Positions 9,872 to 19,754 of a stretch of DNA of 63,984 nt are shown piece by piece (position 1 is the first letter of the stretch; every line of letters begins with the position of its first letter). Made by a program: the position numbers and the translations under genes. The DNA is from Myxococcota bacterium (GTDB lineage: Bacteria > Myxococcota_A > UBA796 > GCA-2862545), in assembly GCA_039208735.1 (NCBI GenBank), contig JBCCQY010000043.1, positions 1-63,984 on the forward strand. The letters run 5' to 3'. The notes beneath the pieces were generated by a model. It was not told where the DNA came from. It was given only the letters and a program-made list of their open reading frames with translations, and searched no databases.

Positions 9872-11299
9872 TCAGTCGCCAGGCGCCTCGGCGTGCGCCT
9901 CGCTACGGCAGCCTCCGAGCAGACGTAGGTTCTTCGCAAGATCTCGAAGCGCCGTACGCAAGCCCTCTTCGATGACAGGGTGGTAGAACGGCATGTCGAG
10001 CAGCGTCTCGACCTGCTCGCCCCGTTGCACCGACCAAGCTAGCAAATGGGCAATGTGCTCGGCTCGGGGTCCGAACATCTCGGCACCCACGAGGCGGCAG
10101 GTTCGCCGATCCGCGTACAGGCGCAGGATCCCCTGGTTGACGCCCATGACCCGCGAACGCCCCTGATTGGCGAAGCTCACCTCGCCAATCACTCGGTGCT
10201 CATCGTCGATGTCGACGTAGCGGTCTCCCACCAGTGCGATCTGGGGCTCCGTAAAGGCCACCGCGATCGACGCTCGGCGCTGGTGCGCCACCACATCGGG
10301 AAACCGCACCGCATTGGCCCCCGCGATGCGCCCTTCGTCGCTCGCTTCATGCAGCAATGGACGGTGTCCTGAGACATCGCCGGCAATGAAGATCGGCAGA
10401 TCACCGGCCTGGGTCGTCAGGGGATCCCATTTGGGACGACCCCTTTCGTCAAGTTCGAGCCCAGTTGCCGAGAGATCGGGAAGGTTGGGGCGCCGACCCG
10501 CCGCCGCGAGCACCCACTCAAAACGCCCCGTCTTGCGCTCGCCCTCGGGCGTCGTCCAGCGCATCGTAACGGCGTCGTCGTCTTCCTCCGCCTCGACGTC
10601 CTTCACCCCAAGCTGCAGGTCCAGCTCCTGCGACCACACGTCGTGAACCACGCGCTTGACCTCAGGATCTGAGAACGGGCCGAGGTTCGTGAAGGGGTTG
10701 AAGAACGTGACCTCAATCCCGAGGCGATGCAGGGCTTGGCCAAGTTCCAACCCGATGATGCCTGTGCCCACCACCGCGATCGACTTCGGCAACTCCGCCC
10801 ACTCGAACACATCGTCGTTGATCAGCACCCGCTTCTTCAGTCCATCGAAGGGTGGCGGCACCCAGGGGGAGCTGCCCGTGGCCACGACGATGGCCTTGGC
10901 ATGAACCGTGGTGTGGTCATCCACGACCAACGTGGTGGGTCCGGTGAACCGGGCCCGCCCATGCACCCGCCGCTCTTCGGGGAGCGCCTCGGTCGCCTCG
11001 ACCACAAATCCCGCGAACCGGTCGCGCTCGCTGCGCACCCGATCCATGACGGCTCGACCGTCCACCTTGACCCCTTCGACGTTGACCCCAAACCGATCGC
11101 TGTGGTGCGCGGCATGGGCCGCGTCGGCGGCCGAAATGAGCAACTTGCTCGGCATACACCCCACCCGAGCGCAGGTGGTGCCGTAGGGCCCCGATTCGAT
11201 GAGGACCCAGCTCTTGCCTGCCTTCTCCGCCTCGCGACGGGCGTTGAGACCGGCCGTCCCCGCTCCAATGATCGCGATGTCGACGTTCATCGTGCGCAT
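9872..11299 (-). CDS. Dihydrolipoyl dehydrogenase (pyridine nucleotide-disulfide oxidoreductase)
   Basis: GAGTAG, redox motif GTTCARVGCMPSK, GTGIIGLE, YHPVIEE. Start set at ATG 11299 after GGAGG. Confidence 0.88.
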   Translation of the reverse strand: MRTMNVDIAIIGAGTAGLNARREAEKAGKSWVLIESGPYGTTCARVGCMPSKLLISAADAAHAAHHSDRFGVNVEGVKVDGRAVMDRVRSERDRFAGFVVEATEALPEERRVHGRARFTGPTTLVVDDHTTVHAKAIVVATGSSPWVPPPFDGLKKRVLINDDVFEWAELPKSIAVVGTGIIGLELGQALHRLGIEVTFFNPFTNLGPFSDPEVKRVVHDVWSQELDLQLGVKDVEAEEDDDAVTMRWTTPEGERKTGRFEWVLAAAGRRPNLPDLSATGLELDERGRPKWDPLTTQAGDLPIFIAGDVSGHRPLLHEASDEGRIAGANAVRFPDVVAHQRRASIAVAFTEPQIALVGDRYVDIDDEHRVIGEVSFANQGRSRVMGVNQGILRLYADRRTCRLVGAEMFGPRAEHIAHLLAWSVQRGEQVETLLDMPFYHPVIEEGLRTALRDLAKNLRLLGGCRSEAHAEAPGD

Positions 11300-11354
11300 G
11301 CGCACCTCCTGCTCCTCAGAGTACCCATGCGCAGGAACGTGACACGCTGCGCGA

Positions 11355-12056
11355 TCATCCGCCTCGAAGGTCAGCGCAACGCGCATTGGGCGCCGGCCGC
11401 ATCGAGAACCAGCTGTCTTCGGGGATGGGTCGGATTTCGGGCGAGCCCTTGAACATCCAGTGGCTGGCCGAAAGCGTGCGCTGATAAAGGTCATCGACCT
11501 CAATTCGTCCTTCGACGGTCCCGTCCGAACTCACCTCACCGGCGAGTTTCATGGACGCCCGCTGAACCACGTAGACATCGGCACTCCCCACCAACGGGAC
11601 CCGCAGACGCACCGTGACCCCGGGGAATCCATCCGAGTCTCCGTCGATCACGCCGACATCCCCTGGCTTTCGTGGCACTTCGGCCGTGAGTGAAGGGTCG
11701 TACCCCAGATGATCGATCCCAAGGTCCGCGTCGTAGCGCCAGCCTTCGCCGGAGGGCGTGAGCTTCACCGCGTACCGCTTGACGGGCAACGCCTCGACGA
11801 AGGCATCGGGAATCTCGGTCCGCCCACGCTTTGCGTGGCCCGACACTCGGACGTCGCACACTTCGTGACGCTGCACCCAGCCCGTCTCGGTGCGAGACAG
11901 TTCGACGACGACTTGGCTCGTGGTGACCGAAGGGGTCCATCCAAACACGGGAACGCGCGCCTGGGTCGCGGCGTGCAATGTCATCAGGTACCGACCTTCG
12001 TTCAGCGACGGCGCAGTTTCGGCCGTCGCCACCAGCGAGGTGAGCACTGCGATCAT
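11355..12056 (-). CDS. Hypothetical secreted beta-rich protein, coupled to the carotenoid desaturase
   Basis: ATG 12056 overlaps the desaturase TGA (ATGA) and follows GGAGG. DGDSDGFPGVT acidic loop. Confidence 0.7.
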   Translation of the reverse strand: MIAVLTSLVATAETAPSLNEGRYLMTLHAATQARVPVFGWTPSVTTSQVVVELSRTETGWVQRHEVCDVRVSGHAKRGRTEIPDAFVEALPVKRYAVKLTPSGEGWRYDADLGIDHLGYDPSLTAEVPRKPGDVGVIDGDSDGFPGVTVRLRVPLVGSADVYVVQRASMKLAGEVSSDGTVEGRIEVDDLYQRTLSASHWMFKGSPEIRPIPEDSWFSMRPAPNARCADLRGG

Positions 12057-13534
12057 GACAACCTCCGAAGCACATCTTGGGCCGCTGCGCGACCACTCTG
12101 CATGGCGAGGGGGACACCGCCGCCAGGGTGCGCCGAACCCGACGCGAGGTAGAGACCAGGTACATCGGCGACCTGGTTGGCGGGCCGCCGAAACGCCGAG
12201 GTCCAATCGTTGCTGGCCGCGCCGTACAAGCTGCCTCGAGACCCCGGGAAACGGGCGGCCAGCTCCGAGGGCGAGCGGGACCACACCAAGGTGTCATCCG
12301 ACGCCAGAAGCCCGGCACGGCGGGCCGTTTCCAGCACCTTCGTCTCGAGTGCGGCCCACGTGGTCTCAGGCCGCGAACCCGTGGCCGGCTCCGCCGGCGC
12401 ATTGGCCATCACAAAGACGGGTCCTCGGCCGTCGGGCCAGCCCGTCCGTCCGTGGCACGCCATCTGATCACAGATGTAGACCGCAGGCCGCTCCGGAGGC
12501 TGGTCGCGTTCGAAGAGGTCGCGAAACTCATTGAGATACGGCGTCGGCATCCACACCGTGTGCGGGGCCCGTACTTCGCTGGGCTGGGCTTTCAGCACCC
12601 CACACCACCCCGACGTCGAGGGGTAGCGAGCCGCCGCCGTCCGACGACGGCGCTGCTGCGGCAGCAACTCCCCAAACACATGAGCCGCATCCGCGTTTGC
12701 GACCACATGGGACGCGGTGATGACCTCGCCGGTGCCGATCTCCACGCCCATCATCCGATTCCGGTCGAGGATCAGGCGGGTGACCGGCGATTGCGTACGA
12801 ATCTCGACCCCGAGCCGCTCACAGGCTTCCACCATGAGCGCCACGAGCCCTCCGAGACCCCCCTCAATTCCAAAGCCACCCAGACCCATTTCGACATGGG
12901 CGATGCAATTCAACGTGGCTGGAGCTCGCCGAGGGTCGGAGCCGTTGTAGGTCGCAAACCTGGCAAAGATCGCACGCAGATGCGGCGATTGCACCATCTG
13001 TCGAATCGCGGCCCACATGCTTCGAAACGGGTCGGCCCTCCGCAGCTGCCACCACGTGGACGGGCCCATCGCGAGCACCTTGGCCACACTCGGGGCCGAC
13101 CCAAACACAAACGGCGGCGCCGCCGCGTCCCAAACCCCCTTTGCGTAGTCGAGAAAGCGCGTCAGCTCGGCTCGCGCTTCACTGCCGAGGGCTCCGTTCA
13201 CCGAGGCGAGGGTCGCTTCAACCTCGTGGAAGGTGTCGATCACCACGCCATCGTCGAACGCATAGCGAAACGCCGGGGTCGGACGTCGCAACACGAAGCG
13301 ATCCGCCAGCTCGGCGGACGCCTTGGCGAGGAGTTCTCGAGGAATGTGCGGGAGGGTGAGGACGCTGGGTCCGGTGTCGAACCTCACGCCGTCGATCTCG
13401 ACGGTTCCTGCCTTTCCACCAGGCTGGTCCGCAGCTTCGATCACCAAGACACGATGCCCTGCGGCCGCGATGTCGATCGCAGCCGCCAGGCCTCCAAACC
13501 CTGCGCCGACCACAATGACGTCAGGTTGACCCAC
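12053..13534 (-). CDS. crtD: Carotenoid desaturase, most like 1-hydroxycarotenoid 3,4-desaturase
   Basis: VVGAGFGGL, FDTGPS, RFATYNGSDP, GSLYGAASN...AFRRP, HPGGGVPL. Start set at GTG 13534. CrtD versus CrtI assignment is motif-based. Confidence 0.75.
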   Translation of the reverse strand: MGQPDVIVVGAGFGGLAAAIDIAAAGHRVLVIEAADQPGGKAGTVEIDGVRFDTGPSVLTLPHIPRELLAKASAELADRFVLRRPTPAFRYAFDDGVVIDTFHEVEATLASVNGALGSEARAELTRFLDYAKGVWDAAAPPFVFGSAPSVAKVLAMGPSTWWQLRRADPFRSMWAAIRQMVQSPHLRAIFARFATYNGSDPRRAPATLNCIAHVEMGLGGFGIEGGLGGLVALMVEACERLGVEIRTQSPVTRLILDRNRMMGVEIGTGEVITASHVVANADAAHVFGELLPQQRRRRTAAARYPSTSGWCGVLKAQPSEVRAPHTVWMPTPYLNEFRDLFERDQPPERPAVYICDQMACHGRTGWPDGRGPVFVMANAPAEPATGSRPETTWAALETKVLETARRAGLLASDDTLVWSRSPSELAARFPGSRGSLYGAASNDWTSAFRRPANQVADVPGLYLASGSAHPGGGVPLAMQSGRAAAQDVLRRLS

Positions 13535-14243
13535 GGCTCCCCCATCGAGCGGCCCAGCCCAAGATCCGCATGCCGAGGCCCGGGCGAACCATGGTGGACC
13601 GCGCCACCAACGTGTCGAATGCTCCACTCCCCTCATCGACCCATCGATCGATGCGCTCCAGGCCTGCCACGAGTTCTTCCTCCAGTCGGGACAAAAACCC
13701 GCGAGCGTCCCTTCCCACTTCCATGGCGGGAGGAAAGTCGAGGTAGACCGTAGGTCGAGGGGACTCATGAAACGCGTAGGCCAGGGCCAAAGGCTGCACC
13801 ACGGCCTGGGACTGCCTCGCGATGAGTTCGATTCCTCGTTGCAAATCCAGCGGCCGCAAATGAGACGGCCGCTGACGGCCCTGGGGAAAGACCACCATCA
13901 TGCGTCCCGGTCGGTCGAGACGCGTCACGGCGGCCCGAATCGCGGGGCGCGAGTTGTTTCGGTCCACGGGAATGGCGCCCACCCAGCCAAAGAAGGGCAG
14001 GCGGTCATAGTTGGCGCGCTCCATCAAGGCGTAGCCATCGGCGCCGAGCAGATCCTCGACGTAGAGCATCAACAGAGTGTCCCAGTATGCGACGTGGGTG
14101 GGGGCCAAGATGAACGGACCCGCCGCGCTCACCGCTTGGGCCTGCTTCCATCCCGAGGCGTAGATTCCATCGAGCCCGTCGCGCAGGTGCCCCGCGATGG
14201 CCTTGCGGAAAGCCCAGGCGAACCATGGCCACTTGCGGATCAC
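13521..14243 (-). CDS. Lysophospholipid-acyltransferase family protein (putative carotenoid-glycoside acyltransferase)
   Basis: TH.AYWD (HxxxxD) and VFPQG motifs; GTGA overlap with the upstream GT2. Confidence 0.8.
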   Translation of the reverse strand: MIRKWPWFAWAFRKAIAGHLRDGLDGIYASGWKQAQAVSAAGPFILAPTHVAYWDTLLMLYVEDLLGADGYALMERANYDRLPFFGWVGAIPVDRNNSRPAIRAAVTRLDRPGRMMVVFPQGRQRPSHLRPLDLQRGIELIARQSQAVVQPLALAYAFHESPRPTVYLDFPPAMEVGRDARGFLSRLEEELVAGLERIDRWVDEGSGAFDTLVARSTMVRPGLGMRILGWAARWGSRGST

Positions 14244-15379
14244 GATTGGGCTCGCGTCCGGCCCGCGTAGACCCGCCCCCGCCACATCACGCGATCCGAG
14301 CGGTACCAGCGCCACGAATTGACGAGCAATCCGAGGAAACCCAACACCGCGACGGGGTGGAGCAACACGCTCGACCACGAGTGGCCGTAGCGCATCGCGA
14401 GGAGTCCCCGCGTAACCACGTTGGCGACGACCCCAAGAAGGCCCGGCCACCACCACCCTTCGATGCCCAGCGCACCCCCGCCGAGCACGATGTAAGGCGC
14501 GACGAAGCAAAGGAAGTAGAGCGCTTGCACCGCGACCATGGCCCACCACTTGCCGCCAATGCCCTCGAACGCGTTCTTCGAGAACCCTTCCCATAGATCC
14601 CGTGCGGACTGGTACATCCGGGTGTTAGCAATCTTCTGACCGTCGGCGAACACCACCCGATGGCGGCCCCGTTTCATCGCGCGCATGAGTGCCATGTCAT
14701 CGACAATCTCGGACCGAATGGACGCAAATCCCCCGACATCGTCGAGGGCCGCGCGCGCTAACCACACCACTTGCCCGTTGGCAGCGACAAAGCGCTCGTC
14801 GTGGGTCAAGTAGACAAGCGGCATGGGCAGCCAAGCCGTGTAGGTCAGGTGGAGCAACGGCATCATGAGATGTTCGAACGCCGTGCCGGTTTGTTGATGC
14901 GGCATCGCCGAGACGGCGTTGGCCTTGTAGCGCTCGGCCAGATCGAACAGACGCCCCACGGCCGACCGGTCGAGCCGGGTGTCGGCGTCGATGAAGAGCA
15001 GCATGTCGTGCTGCGCGTGCTGGGCCAGCAGGTGACAGGCGTGGACCTTCCCCACCCAGCCGGCCGGGAGCGGCCCGTCATGGCGCACGACCACGATGCG
15101 TGGATCGTCTTGCGCGAGCCGATTGAGGATCTGCGGGGTGGCATCTGTGGATTGATCGTCGAGAACGACAATCTCAGTCGGACCGGGCTCACAGGCGAGT
15201 ACCGCCCGCACGCAGCCTTCGATTTCCCGCGCTTCGTTGCGCGCCGGAATGCACACCGACAATGGAGGGACGGGCCCTTCCCGACGTCGTCCTTGAGGCC
15301 AGGCCACGAGGTTGAAGAGCGTCATCCCTGCGGGCACCAGGGCTGCGAACGCAACCACCAGCGGCAACCACGCGCTCAT
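14240..15379 (-). CDS. Glycosyltransferase family 2 (carotenoid glucosyltransferase-like)
   Basis: IPARNE, DDQSTD, GW.GK..AC, FIDAD, ANGQ, RMY, EGFSKN; N- and C-terminal TM helices. Confidence 0.88.
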   Translation of the reverse strand: MSAWLPLVVAFAALVPAGMTLFNLVAWPQGRRREGPVPPLSVCIPARNEAREIEGCVRAVLACEPGPTEIVVLDDQSTDATPQILNRLAQDDPRIVVVRHDGPLPAGWVGKVHACHLLAQHAQHDMLLFIDADTRLDRSAVGRLFDLAERYKANAVSAMPHQQTGTAFEHLMMPLLHLTYTAWLPMPLVYLTHDERFVAANGQVVWLARAALDDVGGFASIRSEIVDDMALMRAMKRGRHRVVFADGQKIANTRMYQSARDLWEGFSKNAFEGIGGKWWAMVAVQALYFLCFVAPYIVLGGGALGIEGWWWPGLLGVVANVVTRGLLAMRYGHSWSSVLLHPVAVLGFLGLLVNSWRWYRSDRVMWRGRVYAGRTRAQS

Positions 15380-16392
15380 CTAGGCCTCCCCACAACCCAA
15401 CCCCGACGCGGCCGAGGTCCGTTGAAAAGAGGCAACCACAACGAACTTGCCGGTCCGCGGTCGATCCGCATGTTTACGAAGGGACGCATCCAGGCTGCAT
15501 CCATCCGGTCTACGAGTACGCGTTCGGCCACCCCGGGCCCCGATGCTCCACCGAACGACCCTCGAACGAGGCAACGCTGATAGAACGGCGCGTCATCGAC
15601 GAGGCTCAGCTGTTCGATGACCAACACACCACCGTCGGTGGGAATCTCGAGCCGGCGCGGCCACCGGGGACCGAACCAGGCGTTGGCGAAGTCGAGGGCT
15701 TGGGGCCCGAGAACCGGGTAGGCGTGGGTCGATCCATCAGCCAGCACCTCGATCACCGTCGATGGGCCTTCGCCGTCCGGCACGGAAAACACAATCTCGC
15801 GGTCGGGCAGCGCCACACGCCCCCATCGCCAACTCTTCAGTCCAATCGCGGTGAGCGGCCGATCGCCACCGTTGCGGTCGTGGTAGGCCCGCCCCTGAAC
15901 ATGGGCCGAGAACTCCCCGCAGCGGACGTCAAGGTGACCCACTGCCGAACCCATGCTGAGGGGCTCCCACGAGTGATGAGGGTTGCGCAAGCCGCCCAGG
16001 CCTTGGCAGCGCGGCCCGCGCACGGTCAGCGTCCCCTGAAGCGGGAGTCGAGGGCCCGACAACGTGGCATCGAACGTGATGTCGACGGCAACCGCGTCAT
16101 CTTCGACCCGGCTGCGGAATCGGCTGTTCCCAAACCGACAGGTGTCGCCCTCCCAGTGGGCCTCGTGCTCAGGAACCTCCACCAGGGTGTAGAAAGCCGG
16201 CTTACCCTCGGAGTAAATCGCCAGATTGAACGAGGGTCGCGTGCGAGGATCTTGCGGTTGTCCGGCCCGAGCTGACGAACAAACGCCGGGGAGGAAGGGC
16301 AAACCAAAAGACCAGATGCAGACCGCGCCGCTGCCCGACTCATCAACCAGGTCGACGTACCACCAGACGAGCGACCCAGGGGTTTCGAGCAT
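15376..16392 (-). CDS. crtC: Carotenoid 1,2-hydratase (hydroxyneurosporene synthase)
   Basis: PG...WWYVD, H.W.P, G.AYHDRN.G, WRWGR, DDAPFY.R motifs. Confidence 0.85.
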   Translation of the reverse strand: MLETPGSLVWWYVDLVDESGSGAVCIWSFGLPFLPGVCSSARAGQPQDPRTRPSFNLAIYSEGKPAFYTLVEVPEHEAHWEGDTCRFGNSRFRSRVEDDAVAVDITFDATLSGPRLPLQGTLTVRGPRCQGLGGLRNPHHSWEPLSMGSAVGHLDVRCGEFSAHVQGRAYHDRNGGDRPLTAIGLKSWRWGRVALPDREIVFSVPDGEGPSTVIEVLADGSTHAYPVLGPQALDFANAWFGPRWPRRLEIPTDGGVLVIEQLSLVDDAPFYQRCLVRGSFGGASGPGVAERVLVDRMDAAWMRPFVNMRIDRGPASSLWLPLFNGPRPRRGWVVGRPR

Positions 16393-16490
16393 GCACTCTG
16401 AGAAGGGCACGTTTGATGGACCAACCGCGATCAACTGCCTCTCCTTGCCCGGACACACAGGCGTCAACGGCCTCGACGGTCCGTCGCGGC

Positions 16491-16599
16491 TTTGCACATA
16501 GTTTGTATATGCTGGCGTCGCCATTGACAAAGGAAAGTGGGATTAATGAGCAAGTCCCTTGCGGACGCGAGATACGGTTTGTATACCCTTTGCCACGAA
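16491..16599. promoter_or_regulatory. Divergent crt promoter with tandem 11-bp direct repeats (putative CarH operator)
   Basis: TTTGCACATAG 16491 and TTTGTATATGC 16502; TTTGTATACCC 16578 and TTTGCCACGAA 16589; TTGACA at 16524; AT-rich island. Confidence 0.6.
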
Positions 16600-16615
16600 C
16601 CCGGATGAAGCACCG

Positions 16616-17830
16616 ATGCGGACTTGCGACGTAGCAGTGTTGGGCGCTGGCCCGGCAGGAATGGGATTAGCCACCGAATTGGCGGCTCGTGGCGTGCGCG
16701 TTGGCTGTATCGATTCGCAACCCGAGTTGGTTTGGGCTCGACAGTTCGCCAGTTGGTACGACGATTGGGCCCCGGCCTACCGGTCGTGCGTTCGCGCCCG
16801 TTGGGCAGCTCCCTCGGTGGTGACCCGGCGACGTCACCACGTGCTCGACCGCTGCTATGCACTCCTCGACGCCAATGATCTGCACCGAACGCTGCATCAG
16901 CGGGCCCAGGACAGCGCGGTCGAATTCGTGGTCGACCGGGCGCGTGACATCGAGCACCACGACGAGGGCAGCACGGTCTCGCTCGCGTCGGGGGCCCAAC
17001 TGAACGCGCGCATGGTGATCGACGCCACGGGCACGGGGCACTTCCTGGATCGGCCCGCGCATGGACCGTTGGCCGCTCAGGTGACCTATGGGCAAATCCT
17101 CGAGGTCGATCGCCACCCCTTCCGGTGTGGCGAGATGGCGCTGATGGACTTCCGGGCGATCGACGATGGCGAGACCATCCCGACCTTCTTGCACGCGCTG
17201 CCGCTCGACTTCAACCGGCTGTTGGTCGAAGAGACCTCACTCATCGCCACCGTCCCGGTCCCTGCAGCGCTCCTGAAGCGCCGTCTGGAAGAGCGAATCA
17301 CGCGCCTAGGCATCACGGATGCCCGCGTGGTGAAGACCGAAAAGGGCCACGTGTCGATGACGAAGGGGCTTCCCGATCTAAGCCAGCGGACGCTGGGCTA
17401 CGGTGCTGCGGCCTCCATGGTGCACCCTGCTACGGGCAACAATGCGGCGCGATCTTTGGCCCGTGCTCCCGAGGTCGCAAACGCGCTCGTCGAATTGCTC
17501 GAATGCGCGCCGGCCCAGGCATGCGAAGCGGCCTGGCAGGCCATTTGGCCCCGCGACGACGTTCGCAAGTGGGAGCTGTACAACTTCGGCGCCCGCTTCC
17601 TCTACTCGCTCGACCAAGATCGAACCGAGCGGTTCTTTGATGCCTTCTTTTCGCTGCCGCCCCGGGACTGGGGTGGATTCTTCTCAGCGAGCCTGACCTC
17701 GACCCAGTTGGCCGGGGTGATGTCGCGGGTGTTCGCCCGCCTGGACCCCGCGCTGCGTTGGGACCTGATGCGTTTGAGCACAGGTGCCGGCGGCTCGGCC
17801 AATTTGCTGCGCGCCGCGTTGGCGATGTGA
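16616..17830 (+). CDS. crtL: Lycopene cyclase, CrtL/CrtY flavoprotein family
   Basis: DVAVLGAGPAG, IDATG, LMDFR, PTFL.A.P, VEETSL, GAAASMVHPATG, FFDAFF.LP..W.GF. Confidence 0.88.
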   Translation: MRTCDVAVLGAGPAGMGLATELAARGVRVGCIDSQPELVWARQFASWYDDWAPAYRSCVRARWAAPSVVTRRRHHVLDRCYALLDANDLHRTLHQRAQDSAVEFVVDRARDIEHHDEGSTVSLASGAQLNARMVIDATGTGHFLDRPAHGPLAAQVTYGQILEVDRHPFRCGEMALMDFRAIDDGETIPTFLHALPLDFNRLLVEETSLIATVPVPAALLKRRLEERITRLGITDARVVKTEKGHVSMTKGLPDLSQRTLGYGAAASMVHPATGNNAARSLARAPEVANALVELLECAPAQACEAAWQAIWPRDDVRKWELYNFGARFLYSLDQDRTERFFDAFFSLPPRDWGGFFSASLTSTQLAGVMSRVFARLDPALRWDLMRLSTGAGGSANLLRAALAM

Positions 17831-17837
17831 GGAGCGG

Positions 17838-18860
17838 ATGCAGACCCCCATTTCTGTCGTACAGCTGAATCCACAGGGACTTGCTTCCAATACGGGTCTC
17901 ACCGAGGTTGAAGCCGCCATGGTCCAATTGGCCAACGGCTCTGATCCCCACTGGACGGGTCGTATGGCGCGTCAGCACCTCGCAAGCGGTGGCAAACGCG
18001 TGCGGGCCCGACTCGCACTCGCCGCCGGAGAAGCGGTGGGCGTTTCCCGAGGCCGCATGGTGCCGTGGGCGGCGGCGGTGGAACTTCTCCACAACGCCAC
18101 GCTGGCCCATGACGACATCCAGGACGGAGATTGGCTTCGCCGAGGTGAGCCCACATTGTGGGTTCGCTACGGCCTCGGCCAGGCGATCAACATCGGCGAC
18201 CTCATGCTGATGTTGCCGACCCTCGCCGTCGAGCGCCTCGACACCGATCCGGGCACCCGATGGGCGCTTGCGCGAGCCATTGCCGACCGGTCCGCCGAGA
18301 CGGTCCGGGGGCAGAGCCTCGAAATGTCGTTGATGGACCGGGGCGGTCTCGACTGGGACAGCTACCTCACCGCCGTGCGGGGCAAGACCGGCCAGTTGCT
18401 CGCGCTGCCCGTCGAAGGGGCCATGCTGATGGCCGGTCATGACCCGCAAACCGCGGCCAAGGTCGCCGAAGCGTTCATCGACCTAGGGGTGCTCTTCCAG
18501 CTTCAGGATGACGTCGAGGACCTGTACCCCGACGATAAGGAGCGGGTCCGCGGGACCGATCTGCGCGAGGGCAAGATCACGGCGCTGGTGGTTTCCCACC
18601 TGCAGATGTTCCCCGAAAGTCCTTGGCTTTTGGACCTCCTGCGAAGCCCCGCCGCCCATATCGATGAAGAAGCGATCAACCGGGCCATCGAAACCCTGTT
18701 GTCCTCGGGGTCGGTCAAGAAGGTCATCGACATGATCGAAAACCTCGGCCAACAGCTTGTGGATTCGCCAGTCCTCTCCGAGTTTCCCCGTTTGCATGGG
18801 GTAGCCATCGAACTGTCCCATTGGATTGCGAAACGCGCCACGCAAAGGACGGCTTCGTGA
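17838..18860 (+). CDS. crtE: Geranylgeranyl diphosphate synthase
   Basis: GGKRVR, FARM HDDIQD..RRG, GQ, KTG, SARM FQLQDDVED; GAGGAG RBS. Confidence 0.9.
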   Translation: MQTPISVVQLNPQGLASNTGLTEVEAAMVQLANGSDPHWTGRMARQHLASGGKRVRARLALAAGEAVGVSRGRMVPWAAAVELLHNATLAHDDIQDGDWLRRGEPTLWVRYGLGQAINIGDLMLMLPTLAVERLDTDPGTRWALARAIADRSAETVRGQSLEMSLMDRGGLDWDSYLTAVRGKTGQLLALPVEGAMLMAGHDPQTAAKVAEAFIDLGVLFQLQDDVEDLYPDDKERVRGTDLREGKITALVVSHLQMFPESPWLLDLLRSPAAHIDEEAINRAIETLLSSGSVKKVIDMIENLGQQLVDSPVLSEFPRLHGVAIELSHWIAKRATQRTAS

Positions 18861-19753
18861 CTCCTCCGGCCATCGATGTGCTCGCTCATCACGGGCGAAC
18901 CTTTCATCTGGCGTCCTACCTGTTGCCCCAGGACCGTCGGCACGATGCCGCGGTCCTGTACGCGTTTTGCCGTAATGTCGACGATCTCGCCGACGAAGCG
19001 CCGGATCCGACGAGCGCTCATGAGGCCATCGAAGGCGTGCTCGAAGAACTCCGGGGTCAGCGCGAACCACGTCCGTGGGTGAGTGCCTTTCTTCAAGTGG
19101 CCGAGCGACGCACGATCGACCTCGGGCCCGCTGAAGATTTGTGCACCGCGGTGCTGGGCGACCTTCAGACGGTCCGCGTTCAAAACGACACCGAGCTGTT
19201 CCGCTACGGCTACGGCGTTGCGGGCACGGTGGGGTTGTTGATGTGCGGGGTGCTGGGCGTTCGGGACCCCGCCGCCCTTCCTCGCGCCGTTGACCTCGGC
19301 ATTGGCATGCAGATCACCAACATCTGTCGCGACGTCAAAGAAGATGCTGAGCGAGGTCGAGTGTACCTGCCCGCCCAGCGACTCCGGGCGGCGGGCGTGG
19401 ACCCCGAAGCGCTCGTGGCCGGCCACGCGGATCCTAAGGCCGTCGCCCAAGTGGTCTGCGACCTCATCGAGGTCGCAGATCAGTTTTACCGCAGCGGAGA
19501 CCAAGGTCTGCGCGCGATCCCAATGCCGGCCCGGGCCGCGATTTTGGTGGCGTCTCGCGTCTATCGGGCGATCGGGGTTCGCCTGGGCGCGCACCACGCC
19601 TACAATCCCCTTCACGGCCGAACTGTGGTCCCAATGGGCCGACGACTCTGGTTGGCATTGGGTTCGGTTCTCGAACTCTTCCAGCCACGCTATTGGGCCG
19701 GACCGGTGGGCGCCCACCGACCGTTGCCCGAGCTCTCCACCCTCCGAGGATGA
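18857..19753 (+). CDS. crtB: Phytoene synthase
   Basis: LYAFCR.VDDLAD, YGVAGTVG, QITNICRDVKED..RGRVYLP; GTGA overlap. Confidence 0.93.
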   Translation: MTPPAIDVLAHHGRTFHLASYLLPQDRRHDAAVLYAFCRNVDDLADEAPDPTSAHEAIEGVLEELRGQREPRPWVSAFLQVAERRTIDLGPAEDLCTAVLGDLQTVRVQNDTELFRYGYGVAGTVGLLMCGVLGVRDPAALPRAVDLGIGMQITNICRDVKEDAERGRVYLPAQRLRAAGVDPEALVAGHADPKAVAQVVCDLIEVADQFYRSGDQGLRAIPMPARAAILVASRVYRAIGVRLGAHHAYNPLHGRTVVPMGRRLWLALGSVLELFQPRYWAGPVGAHRPLPELSTLRG

Positions 19754-19754
19754 T

